Assembly: GCA_025923075.1 (NCBI GenBank)
Contig: JAICGN010000004.1
Span: 18,832-58,831 of the forward strand
Source: Chitinophagaceae bacterium
GTDB taxonomy: Bacteria; Bacteroidota; Bacteroidia; Chitinophagales; Chitinophagaceae
Length of the DNA stretch: 40,000 nt
Direction: 5' to 3'
How positions within the stretch are numbered: the stretch's first letter is position 1; the number at the start of each line of letters is the position of its first letter. Below are positions 25,442 to 34,393 of this stretch, in pieces. A program made the translations under genes and the position numbers. The notes under the pieces are model-generated. The model was given only the letters and a program-made list of their open reading frames with translations, made no database searches and was not told the origin of the DNA.

Positions 25442-26893
25442 TTATACTGCTTTTGGTAATGAGAAAGAAAAAGTGCTTCCTTCCCCGGGTTTACTTTCTA
25501 TATAAAGTTGCCCGCCATTTCTTGCCATGAACTCTTTACAAAGCTTTAAGCCCAGGCCGGTGCCTGATTCGCTGGCAGTACCTTTTGTAGAATAAAAACC
25601 ATCTCCATTTATTTTTTTCAATGCTTCGGGACTAATGCCCGTCCCATCATCCTGTACAAACACTTCAACGATGGTGCAATTTTCATTTACGCCGATTTTT
25701 ATATTTCCTTTTTCAGGCGTAAACTTTATAGCATTTGAGATCAGGTTACGCAAAACCAGGTTGAGCATATCCTTATCGACAAAACCATATATGTTTTCGT
25801 GGCTATTTGTTTCAATTCTTATTTGTTTGGCCTCTGATTGCCGGCGAAGTAATAACACGGTTTCTTCAATTGCTTTTCCAATATCAACTTTTTGGGGATA
25901 TACGGCGTCTGATTGCATCTGTGCTTTCGACCATTGCAGCAAATTATCCATCAATCCTGTTGTATAGTTCAGATCGTTCACGACTACGGGGAGCATCTTT
26001 TTTAATTCACGGGCCGGCATATTATTTTGTTGTACCTCGGTAAAAAAATTACGCATTGCATACATTGGGGCTTTCAGGTCATGGGAAATGATGCTGAACA
26101 ATTTGTTTTTTAAGGCATTTAATCCTGTGAGCTCTTCCGTTTGCTTTTCAAGAAGCTTAGCATCTTTTTTTATTTTCTCCGCTTGCAGTTGTATCTGTAT
26201 ATTTTTTTCCTGCAGGTCATGGTTCTTGTCAAGTATGCTTAACTGATAAATAGTATTTTCATTTTTGACCAGGTATAATCCATAAAAAATAAATACAATG
26301 GCAATCCCTTCATTAATAAGGTAGATTGCGTTGTTAATATTCTCCAGTTCGTAGCGGAAATCTTTTAATACAACGGACAATATGAAAAAATTGACCATCG
26401 AAAAGGCTATCGTAAATAGCATGAAGGCCACATCTTTTAAAAAGAAAACAGCAAGGATGCCATATAAAATAAAATAAAGGTCCATGCCAAGATGCATGCC
26501 ATTCATAAAAATAAAACTTGCAACAAGTGGCTGTAAAATAAAATAAGCAATTAAAGCGACCTGGTGTTTGTATTGGCTGTTCAGGTACAACACAAGGATG
26601 CTAACGAGTATAGGCAGGCAGCTGATTATACACATCCAGCCAGAAAATTCTTCATGATAAAAAAGACAGCTAAAAAAAATAAATTCACCTATTAGTAATT
26701 GAAAAAAATTTAGTTGGTTAAATATGCCCAATTTGCGCAGCTCATATTCTTCCATGGTACTCGTATAACCGATAGTTTTTATACGATGCAATAATGAAAT
26801 AAACGTTTGTTTCAGGGAAACATCCTGTCTTCTGACCCTGGATGGTTTTAACTTACCCAGCAGGTGGTGCAGGCTATGTTGGCTTAATTCCAT
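25442..26893 (-). CDS. membrane sensor histidine kinase (orphan)
   Basis: Multi-TM N-terminus, a coiled coil, the HisKA H-box FSIISHDLKAP, and HATPase_c N/G boxes (LISNAIKFT, DDGTGI, GTGLGL). No response regulator is adjacent. An alternative start at MEEYELRKLG (26755) is plausible. Confidence 0.88.
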   Translation of the reverse strand: MELSQHSLHHLLGKLKPSRVRRQDVSLKQTFISLLHRIKTIGYTSTMEEYELRKLGIFNQLNFFQLLIGEFIFFSCLFYHEEFSGWMCIISCLPILVSILVLYLNSQYKHQVALIAYFILQPLVASFIFMNGMHLGMDLYFILYGILAVFFLKDVAFMLFTIAFSMVNFFILSVVLKDFRYELENINNAIYLINEGIAIVFIFYGLYLVKNENTIYQLSILDKNHDLQEKNIQIQLQAEKIKKDAKLLEKQTEELTGLNALKNKLFSIISHDLKAPMYAMRNFFTEVQQNNMPARELKKMLPVVVNDLNYTTGLMDNLLQWSKAQMQSDAVYPQKVDIGKAIEETVLLLRRQSEAKQIRIETNSHENIYGFVDKDMLNLVLRNLISNAIKFTPEKGNIKIGVNENCTIVEVFVQDDGTGISPEALKKINGDGFYSTKGTASESGTGLGLKLCKEFMARNGGQLYIESKPGEGSTFSFSLPKAV

Positions 26894-27057
26894 GGTTTTT
26901 TCTTGGATCAGGATTACGACAAATACAAATTAATAATTTTTTGGAAAGGTTCTAAACCAATGCCGTATTTATCCTTGAAATGGTAATTCTCCCATGATTA
27001 CCTATCGTAAGTTCACTGTCGTATTTTCTACTTGAGATTTTAAGATTGTTGAAGTTA

Positions 27058-27255
27058 TCACTTGATCTTTTCAAACTTATAATTCGGTTTGATCTGCTTA
27101 TTCAAGAATTCGCCTTTTGAAAAAGCTTCTTTCATTTCCTTGTATACTTTCTCCGGCACATTTTTATAATCATAGACACTGCCGGATACATAAATTACCC
27201 GTAGCGTTGCAGTATTCGTATCATATCTTATTGCAGCGACAACAGAAGACGGCAT
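27058..27255 (-). CDS. KTSC domain-containing protein (65 aa)
   Basis: SSVVAAIRYDTNTATLRVIYVSGSVYDYKNVPEKVYKEMKEAFSKGEFLNKQIK matches the KTSC-domain pattern (Y-D...L.V.F..G..Y.Y..VP..VY...). Confidence 0.75.
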   Translation of the reverse strand: MPSSVVAAIRYDTNTATLRVIYVSGSVYDYKNVPEKVYKEMKEAFSKGEFLNKQIKPNYKFEKIK

Positions 27256-27599
27256 TGCACACCTTTTATAACTTTTGTAATTAAAATTATGCCAGGCTGG
27301 CGGTGTCTAAACAACATTACTGCAGTTCAAGGGCCGATAGTTGTTTGCTTTGACCCCGCGACAAGCTTCCCGATTGAGCCAGCACGACGAAGCTGCCCAA
27401 CGAACAGCAGCACCTTAAAATCCTTCGATTCGCCCAGTGCACGCTGTGCATCGCGACAAAGGCCAATAATAGCACAACAACTGACTAAAAAATTAGAAAG
27501 GAATCTCATTCAAGACCCCTTTCTCTCCACATGAGAACTACTAATCGTCTGAAACTTTTTTGATGCTTCGCTTAGCTTATGACGCCGGCAACCGGCCAA

Positions 27600-30500
27600 C
27601 TATAGTCCTTTTAATGCTTCGATTGTTTCCCATCTGCGCTGCACACCTGTATTGGCCAAAGCAAGAAACTCTTCGGCTTTAGCAGGATAATTATTCTTGA
27701 TAGTTGCGAACCTGTTTTCATGATAGAGAAATTCATTCAATGCAACAGAAGGCGGCTTACAATCCAGTGTAAAGCGCTGCCCTTTTGCTTTTGCAGGGTT
27801 GTAACGGAACAGGGGCCAATAACCTGTCTTTACAGCAAGCTCCTGCTGATCAAGTCCATGACACATATCATATCCGTGAGCAATACAATGACTGTATGCA
27901 ATGATTATTGATGGACCAGGAAACGCTTCAGCTTCCAAAATTGTTTTGAGTGCATGTACATCATTTGCACCCATTGCAATTTGCGCAACATAGGCGCTGC
28001 CATGTGCGATGGCTTGCATAGCCAGGTCTTTTTTGCCAGTGGTTTTTCCTTTGATAGAAAATTTTGCACTGGCGCCAATAGGTGATGCTTTTGATTTTTG
28101 TCCGCCGGTGTTGCTATATACTTCTGTATCCATCACCAATATGTTTACATTCTCCCCGGTGCTTAATACATGATCGAGGCCGCTGAAACCAATGTCATAC
28201 GCCCAGCCGTCCCCACCAACGATCCACATTGATTTCTTTTCCAAAAATTCGGCAAGTAAATAAAGTCGCCATGCACCTTCTCTTCTTAAATCTCTTAAGC
28301 GTTTCTTTAATTCATTTACATATTTACGCTGCTGAATCATTTCTGCTTCGCTATTCTCTGCGTTCGCTAAAATTGCATCTGCCAATTCGCTGCCAACTTC
28401 GTCACGCAGCTCTTTCAGCAACCGCATTGCCATTTCCCTTTTTTTATCGGTGGCAAGTTTAATACCCAAACCAAATTCTGCATTGTCTTCAAAAAGTGAG
28501 TTGGACCATGCGGGTCCACGACCCTGCTCATTGTTTGTCCATGGCGTTGTCGGTAAATTGGCCCCAAAGATGGATGAACATCCTGTTGCATTGGCAACAA
28601 GCATACGATCACCAAATAGCTGTGTGAGCAGTTTTAAATAGGGTGTTTCCCCGCAACCGCTGCAGGCACCGGAAAATTCAAATAACGGTTCGAGTAACTG
28701 TGAGCCTTTCACTGTTGATTTGTTCACTCTTGTTCTATCAATATCCGGTAATGACAGGAAGAAATCCCAGTTTTTCTTCTCTGTTTCTTTTAGTGGCATC
28801 ACATCCATCATATCAATGGCCTTATGCCCGGGTTGAGATTTGCTCTCAATCGGGCAAACCTCCGTACAAAGTTTACAACCGGTGCAGTCTTCCACAGCAA
28901 CCTGTAATGTGTATGCCTCCTTGTCTTTGAAAAATTCTTTACCAATGGGGTCAGTATGTTTAAAGTACGAGGGAGCATCGGTTAAGCATTCCCGGTCATA
29001 CACTTTTACCCGTATTGCTGCATGGGGACACACAAAATAACATTTACCACATTGTGAACAAAGCTGCGGATCCCAGACAGGAACTTGCTCGGCAATATTT
29101 CTTTTTTCCCATTTTGTGGTACCGCTTGGATAAGTGCCATCAACCGGAAATGCGCTTACGGGCAGATCGTCTCCGTCGCCTGAAATAATCTTTGCCAATA
29201 CGTTTTGTACAAACTCCGGGGCGTCGCCACTGATCGGGGCTTCTATTTCTTTGTCGCCAACGACGAGGTTTGAATAATCAACCTCAAAAAGATTTTCCAG
29301 GGTCTGGTCGATAGCTTTAAAATTTTTCTGCACTACTTCCTCGCCTTTACGGCCATACGATTTTTTAATTGCATTCTTTATATGCTGAATAGCTTCAGCT
29401 TTCGGCATTATATTACTGATAGCAAAAAAACAGGTTTGCAAAACAGAGTTGATACGTGAACCCATTCCAGTTTCTTTTGCAACTTTTGAAGCATTGATCA
29501 CATAGAATTTCAGTTTCTTATGAATGATCTCTTCCTGGATCTTCTTTGGTAATTGATTCCATATTTCGTCGGTTGGATACGGCGCATTTAACAGGAATAC
29601 AGCCCCTTCTTCTGCATCCTTCAGCACGTCATACTTTTTTAAATAGTTAAAATGATGGCAAGCAATAAAGTTGGCTGAATTAACCAAATAAGTGGAGCGG
29701 ATGGGATGCGCACTGAAACGCAAATGCGATACGGTAAGTGACCCTGATTTTTTGGAATCGTACACAAAATATCCCTGTACGTAATCATCTGTCACTTCCC
29801 CGACGATCTTAATTGTGTTTTTGTTTGCACTTACTGTTCCATCGGCTCCAAGACCAAAGAATAATCCGCGGAAAAGATGATGTTGCTCTAAAGAAAAATC
29901 TCTATCCCATTCTAAACTGGTATGTGTCACATCATCATCAATGCCGATCGTGAAATTGTTTTTTGGAGACACTTTTTTCAGTTCATCAAACACAGCTTTT
30001 GCCATACCTGCATTAAATTCTTTTGAAGCAAGTCCGTAGCGACCTCCAATTACTTTTGGCATTTTGAATTCCCAATCGCTATGCAATGCACTGATCACAT
30101 CAATATAAAGCGGCTCACCGATGGCGCCGGGTTCTTTACAACGATCAAGGACAGCAATCCTTTTTACTGTTGGTGGAATAGCATCCATTAAATGTTTGAT
30201 AGAAAAAGGACGGAAGAGATGCACATTCACATAACCCACTTTTTCACCACGATCATTTAAATAATCTGTCACTTCGTGCACCGGACCATAACCCGAACCC
30301 ATAATTATGATCATGCGTTCAGCTTCCGGGTGACCGTAATAATCAAAAAGTTTATAAGAACGGCCGGTAAGTTTTTCAAACTTCTTCATTGTTTCTTCTA
30401 CGATCTCCGGCACAAGTTTATAGAACCGATTGCATGCTTCACGGCTTTGGAAGAAGACATCAGGATTTTGTGCAGTGCCCCGAACATGCGGATGATCCGG

Positions 30501-31175
30501 GTTCATTGACCGATGACGATGTTCATTGACGGCCTGCTCATCGATCATCTTTTTTATCACATCATCAGGGATAACAGCTACCTGGTTCAACTCATGTGAA
30601 GTGCGGAAGCCATCAAAAATATTTAAGAAAGGGATTTTTGACTTGAGTGTGGCGGCATGTGCAATCATCGCCATATCCATTGCCTGCTGCGGATTGCTGC
30701 CAAACAATTCCGCGAAACCGGTTGATCTTGTTGCCATCACATCACTATGATCGCCGAAAATGGAAAGGGCGTGTGTGGCAATGGCCCTTGCTGCGATATG
30801 AAAAACAGCAGGTGTTAACTCGCCTGCAATCTTATACATATTAGGGATCATAAGCAGCAATCCTTGCGAACAGGTAAATGTGGATGCTAATGCACCTCCC
30901 TGTAATGCGCCATGTATCGCACCGGCAGCGCCCGCTTCACTTTGCATTTCAATTACCTTGGGTACTTCACCAAAAATGTTTTTTACTTCATTGCTGCTCC
31001 ATTCATCGGCCCACTCACCCATCGCCGATGAAGGTGTGATGGGATAAATTGCACAAACTTCACTTGTTTTATAAGCGATATACGCTGCAGCTTCATTTCC
31101 ATCCATGATGGAAAAGTCTTGCCTGTCTTTGAGTGCTGAGTGTTTATCAACCGAGGGAGAAAGGGTGGTTTCCAT
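27600..31175 (-). CDS. nifJ: pyruvate:ferredoxin (flavodoxin) oxidoreductase
   Basis: About 1190 aa single-chain PFOR. Two 4Fe-4S ferredoxin motifs (CSQCGKCYFVCP, CTGCKLCTEVCP) and the TPP-binding region GGDGWAYDIG. The ATG at 31175 (METTLSP...) is preferred over the TTG at 31208. Confidence 0.95.
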   Translation of the reverse strand: METTLSPSVDKHSALKDRQDFSIMDGNEAAAYIAYKTSEVCAIYPITPSSAMGEWADEWSSNEVKNIFGEVPKVIEMQSEAGAAGAIHGALQGGALASTFTCSQGLLLMIPNMYKIAGELTPAVFHIAARAIATHALSIFGDHSDVMATRSTGFAELFGSNPQQAMDMAMIAHAATLKSKIPFLNIFDGFRTSHELNQVAVIPDDVIKKMIDEQAVNEHRHRSMNPDHPHVRGTAQNPDVFFQSREACNRFYKLVPEIVEETMKKFEKLTGRSYKLFDYYGHPEAERMIIIMGSGYGPVHEVTDYLNDRGEKVGYVNVHLFRPFSIKHLMDAIPPTVKRIAVLDRCKEPGAIGEPLYIDVISALHSDWEFKMPKVIGGRYGLASKEFNAGMAKAVFDELKKVSPKNNFTIGIDDDVTHTSLEWDRDFSLEQHHLFRGLFFGLGADGTVSANKNTIKIVGEVTDDYVQGYFVYDSKKSGSLTVSHLRFSAHPIRSTYLVNSANFIACHHFNYLKKYDVLKDAEEGAVFLLNAPYPTDEIWNQLPKKIQEEIIHKKLKFYVINASKVAKETGMGSRINSVLQTCFFAISNIMPKAEAIQHIKNAIKKSYGRKGEEVVQKNFKAIDQTLENLFEVDYSNLVVGDKEIEAPISGDAPEFVQNVLAKIISGDGDDLPVSAFPVDGTYPSGTTKWEKRNIAEQVPVWDPQLCSQCGKCYFVCPHAAIRVKVYDRECLTDAPSYFKHTDPIGKEFFKDKEAYTLQVAVEDCTGCKLCTEVCPIESKSQPGHKAIDMMDVMPLKETEKKNWDFFLSLPDIDRTRVNKSTVKGSQLLEPLFEFSGACSGCGETPYLKLLTQLFGDRMLVANATGCSSIFGANLPTTPWTNNEQGRGPAWSNSLFEDNAEFGLGIKLATDKKREMAMRLLKELRDEVGSELADAILANAENSEAEMIQQRKYVNELKKRLRDLRREGAWRLYLLAEFLEKKSMWIVGGDGWAYDIGFSGLDHVLSTGENVNILVMDTEVYSNTGGQKSKASPIGASAKFSIKGKTTGKKDLAMQAIAHGSAYVAQIAMGANDVHALKTILEAEAFPGPSIIIAYSHCIAHGYDMCHGLDQQELAVKTGYWPLFRYNPAKAKGQRFTLDCKPPSVALNEFLYHENRFATIKNNYPAKAEEFLALANTGVQRRWETIEALKGL

Positions 31176-31459
31176 TTCAGAAATTTTTGTGTGAGAAATA
31201 TTACCCAAAGTACTCTGAATGACGGGGTTTGGGCTATGACAAAAGTCAGCTGAAAGGCTGATTGATGTCCGTTTTGAGGGTTAACACTAACTTGCTTATA
31301 GCAATAAGCGAGCATTCTCCATGAAGAGCTGGTTGAAAAGCCGGCAGATCTTTTTATGATCCTGTCAACCAAAGGTTTTAGCTTCTTTTCGTGAAATAAA
31401 AAATATTTCGCTCATGAAACGTTTTGAATCAACTTTGTACAGACCGTTACTATTGATAT

Positions 31460-32035
31460 ATGTTTTTCAAAAATTTAATCGCAGGCGCAGCTTTATCAGC
31501 GATGCTGTTTTCATCTTGTACTGAAAATAAGACAACTGAAGATGCCGTCGTATGGAAAAGCAAAGGGGATTCACTCGTCACCAAAACCTTTGACACACTC
31601 AGGAATACGTTGACGAAGGCAATTGGCGAAAAAGGGTTTGCGGGTGCGGTGGAATTTTGCACTACTCAAGCCCTGGAGTTAACGAATAGTTTTACCAGCG
31701 AAGGAATAACTGTTAAACGGAGTTCTGATAAACTACGTAACCCCGCGAATGCTCCGGATAGTATTGAGCAAAGAATATTATCTGCCTTTCTTCAGCTGAA
31801 AAAAGAAGACGGGGAAATTAAGCCGGTGTTGGAAAAAGATGCTGCAGGAAATCATCATTATTTCAAGCCGATTATCCTTCAGGCCATGTGTCTCAATTGT
31901 CATGGAGATAAGACAACACAGATCAAACCGGATGTCTGGAATGTCATTCAACAAAAATATCCGGCTGATGCTGCTTTTGACTATAAAGAAGGTGATCTGC
32001 GGGGACTTTGGCATGTAATGTTTTCCAATAAATAA
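31460..32035 (+). CDS. DUF3365 (Tll0287-like) haem-c domain lipoprotein
   Basis: Lipobox LFSSC. KRSSDKLRNPANAPD and a single CxxCH (CLNCHGDK) near the C-terminus are typical of DUF3365 haem sensor-type domains. Confidence 0.7.
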   Translation: MFFKNLIAGAALSAMLFSSCTENKTTEDAVVWKSKGDSLVTKTFDTLRNTLTKAIGEKGFAGAVEFCTTQALELTNSFTSEGITVKRSSDKLRNPANAPDSIEQRILSAFLQLKKEDGEIKPVLEKDAAGNHHYFKPIILQAMCLNCHGDKTTQIKPDVWNVIQQKYPADAAFDYKEGDLRGLWHVMFSNK

Positions 32036-32042
32036 CCACATC

Positions 32043-32360
32043 ATGAGCGAAATTGAAAAACCATTGAACAAGGACCTGATCCTCCGGGAAAGACTAGCTA
32101 TAGAACGAACAGATATGGCAATTGACCGTACAGTGCTATCCTTCATCCGAACTTCCTTATATTTCGCAATTGCGGGTATAACAGTGAATAGCCTGCTAAA
32201 GCTTAGCTATGGATGGTGGTTAGAAATAATTTTCTGGATCATTGGAACAGCTATTCTTATAGTTGGGGTAATAAATTACAGCCGCCAGAAAAGAAAACTA
32301 AAGGAAAGTAAAAGACATATCGGCGATTATAAACTTGAATGGGAAGATGATATCGAGTAA
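32043..32360 (+). CDS. DUF202 (YidH-like) small membrane protein
   Basis: LAIERTDMAIDRTVLSFIRTSL matches the ERT..A..RT motif. Two or three TM helices follow. Confidence 0.7.
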   Translation: MSEIEKPLNKDLILRERLAIERTDMAIDRTVLSFIRTSLYFAIAGITVNSLLKLSYGWWLEIIFWIIGTAILIVGVINYSRQKRKLKESKRHIGDYKLEWEDDIE

Positions 32361-32363
32361 ATA

Positions 32364-32957
32364 TTACAGACGCTGACCTATAATTCTTAAAACAGCAGCT
32401 TTCCCTTTATGATAATCCCCTTCAGCAAGTAAGATTTCTTTTTGACCACAACTAATCAGGTGCAGGAAAGGGAAATCCGAACATAGTGTCGGTGCATCGT
32501 ACAGGAGAGACGCATCACTTGGCCCGCCGCTTGCCAGTTCTGCTTGCTCTTTGGCAAATGCTTCAAAAATCAAATAACCCCCCGGTTTGATTGAATTATA
32601 GATTTCCTGGTGAAATTTTTTCCGCAAATGATCAGGAAGGTGAACATAGATCAATGCAACGGCATCATATTTTTTTGTTGCCTTGAAGTCTGCAATATTT
32701 TTAAGCTCATAATTAACAGCGACGTTCTTGTTATGGGCAAAATCCAACGCTTTTTGTCTCGCTACCTCACTGAAGTCGAATGCTTCTACCTGCCACCCTT
32801 TGCCGGCTGCATACACAGCATTTCTCCCTTCGCCTTCAGCAGGTAATAAAATCGTACCCGGCTTATGCTGATCAATAAACTGTTTAAAAAATTTATTTGG
32901 CTTATATCCATAAGCCGTTTCATTTTCTGCATATCTACGATCCCAGAATTGCTGCAT
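32364..32957 (-). CDS. class I SAM-dependent methyltransferase
   Basis: FWDRRY...; motif I-like ILLPAEGEGRNAVYAAGKGW.VEAFDFS; post-I and motif II regions (YDAVALIYVH, PGGYLIFEAF). Confidence 0.8.
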   Translation of the reverse strand: MQQFWDRRYAENETAYGYKPNKFFKQFIDQHKPGTILLPAEGEGRNAVYAAGKGWQVEAFDFSEVARQKALDFAHNKNVAVNYELKNIADFKATKKYDAVALIYVHLPDHLRKKFHQEIYNSIKPGGYLIFEAFAKEQAELASGGPSDASLLYDAPTLCSDFPFLHLISCGQKEILLAEGDYHKGKAAVLRIIGQRL

Positions 32958-33004
32958 AGTATAGCTCTATTTAAACAAAATTGAAGTATCAGCTGCTTAA
33001 TTTA

Positions 33005-33020
33005 GGTGATATTGATCACC
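33005..33020. promoter_or_regulatory. dyad GGTGA-TATTGA-TCACC upstream of the methyltransferase gene (candidate Crp/Fnr/Rex-like box)
   Basis: 6-bp perfect arms GGTGAT/ATCACC. The core GTGATATTGATCAC differs at one position from the site at 33513-33526. It lies about 49 nt upstream of the ATG at 32957. Confidence 0.4.
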
Positions 33021-33043
33021 TATCGCTAAAAATCATTATCACC

Positions 33044-33073
33044 AAAAAATAAAAGCCGGTTATAAAACCGGCC
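33044..33073 (-). terminator. rho-independent terminator of the thioredoxin gene
   Basis: On the minus strand: GCCGGTT-ttat-AACCGGC followed by TTTTATTTTTT. It begins about 20 nt after the stop. Confidence 0.85.
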
Positions 33074-33093
33074 TTGTATGAAATCATCAACGT

Positions 33094-33468
33094 TTACATT
33101 TCTGTTTTCAAAGGAATCAATAGTTTTTCTTCAATCAGACTTTTGAAAACATGTTTAGGAAAAGCACCGGGCTGCATCATTGCCTTGCCGTTTGCGTCAA
33201 TGAACAGCATGGTCGGTATACTTTTAACATTAAAAACAAAAGCCAGTTCCGGTTCCATATCTGTATTGACTTTGTATATCACCAGTTTTTCATTGTATTC
33301 TTTGGCTAGCTCTTCTAAAACAGGTGCCACCATTTTGCAGGGTCCGCACCAGTCGGCATAGAAATCAACGATTGCCGGCAGTGTACCCTGATATTCCCAA
33401 TCCTGCTTTGTTTCATAATTGAACACTTTCTCCTTGAACTCCTGTGCTGTTAAATGAACGGTTGTCAT
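33094..33468 (-). CDS. thioredoxin
   Basis: Active site WCGPC (DFYADWCGPCKMVAP). Thioredoxin fold length. ATG at 33468 (MTTVHLTAQEF) is preferred over the upstream ORF-track start. Confidence 0.92.
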   Translation of the reverse strand: MTTVHLTAQEFKEKVFNYETKQDWEYQGTLPAIVDFYADWCGPCKMVAPVLEELAKEYNEKLVIYKVNTDMEPELAFVFNVKSIPTMLFIDANGKAMMQPGAFPKHVFKSLIEEKLLIPLKTEM

Positions 33469-33482
33469 ACGTTTTGTTTGTA

Positions 33483-33490
33483 CAAAAGTA
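33483..33490 (-). promoter_or_regulatory. Bacteroidota-type -7 promoter box (TAnnTTTG) for the thioredoxin gene
   Basis: The minus strand reads TACTTTTG 14 nt upstream of the ATG. This matches the published Bacteroidetes sigma-A -7 consensus TAnnTTTG. It is a single-motif match only. Confidence 0.35.
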
Positions 33491-33512
33491 GATTGGACAA
33501 GAATCACGGATC

Positions 33513-33526
33513 GTGATATTTATCAC
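33513..33526. promoter_or_regulatory. dyad GTGATATTTATCAC upstream of the thioredoxin gene (candidate Crp/Fnr/Rex-like box)
   Basis: Perfect palindrome GTGATA-TT-TATCAC. An extra half-site ATCAC lies at 33503-33507. The dyad is 23-36 nt upstream of the putative -7 box, where a -33 element would be expected. Confidence 0.4.
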
Positions 33527-33748
33527 AGAAGCATTTTCCAAAAAGTGAAGACAACAAAGTGATTGAATTGAATATGTTCCCGACGCATCGGACCGCGGAA
33601 ACGAATGGGAGTGCGGAATGCCGGCTGCGCCCTCGCGTGATTGCTTCATTGTTAAGGTAGATTTCCCCCGCAAAAGACGCCGGCAGCCTAAAAGTCAACC
33701 GGGGATGTAGGGTGAACTTCAGAAATTTTGAATTGCAAATAGCTGCAT

Positions 33749-34300
33749 TTAAAAATTGTACCCGACACTGGCGCCGGCAAATGCCTGGATATATCCCTTT
33801 CCCACTAACGGTGTAAATCCAATTCGCCAGGAAAAGCCGCCGTTAATTGGTTGCCGCCTGTACATAAAACAAAAAGTTCCGAATAACTGGGTTTCATTTT
33901 CATCATAGAAGTTCATGATCTCCATTTTCTTGGTAACATAAGTGATTCCTCCCCCGACTTCAAAAGTGTGTGACGATCCTTCTTTTCCGAAAATATAATT
34001 CAGCTGAGCAGGAAAAGTAATCGCTGTTACCTCCTCACTATCATAATATCCCGTCACCGGGTCATACGTTTGTTCCCAACCGCTGACGAATCCAATACCA
34101 ATCCTTCCCCCCACGCCCAGGCGGGATTGCTTAAACCTCGTATCATAGTTTGCAGAAAAAACGATCCCCGGCCCGCCGAGTTCCGCAATGAATGAAGATT
34201 TCCCAATAGTCGTTTGTCCTGACGCCGATTTACTGTCCTGTGAAAATATCAATTGTGAAGCAGCAAGTGATAAGCAAATGAAAAGGGCCTGTTTTCTCAT
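33749..34300 (-). CDS. small outer-membrane beta-barrel protein (183 aa)
   Basis: Signal peptide MRKQALFICLSLAASQLIFSQ. Alternating Gly/aromatic beta-strand pattern. C-terminal ...GASVGYNF with a terminal Phe, typical of OMPs. Confidence 0.75.
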   Translation of the reverse strand: MRKQALFICLSLAASQLIFSQDSKSASGQTTIGKSSFIAELGGPGIVFSANYDTRFKQSRLGVGGRIGIGFVSGWEQTYDPVTGYYDSEEVTAITFPAQLNYIFGKEGSSHTFEVGGGITYVTKKMEIMNFYDENETQLFGTFCFMYRRQPINGGFSWRIGFTPLVGKGYIQAFAGASVGYNF

Positions 34301-34393
34301 AACAAAAAAGTTTAGGTTACTGAATTAATAATGTGCAAAATAAAAACTACAATCCAAAAAGTTTGTTAAGTAGTAACGATAAAGAGTGAAAAC

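Noticed and set aside
27330-27350. GCAAACAACTAT on the minus strand resembling the start of a tmRNA tag reading frame
   Set aside because: The frame does not end in the usual ALAA/LAA tag. There is no GGGG 5' end and no tRNA-like 3' domain (T-arm plus ACCA-proximal stem) nearby.
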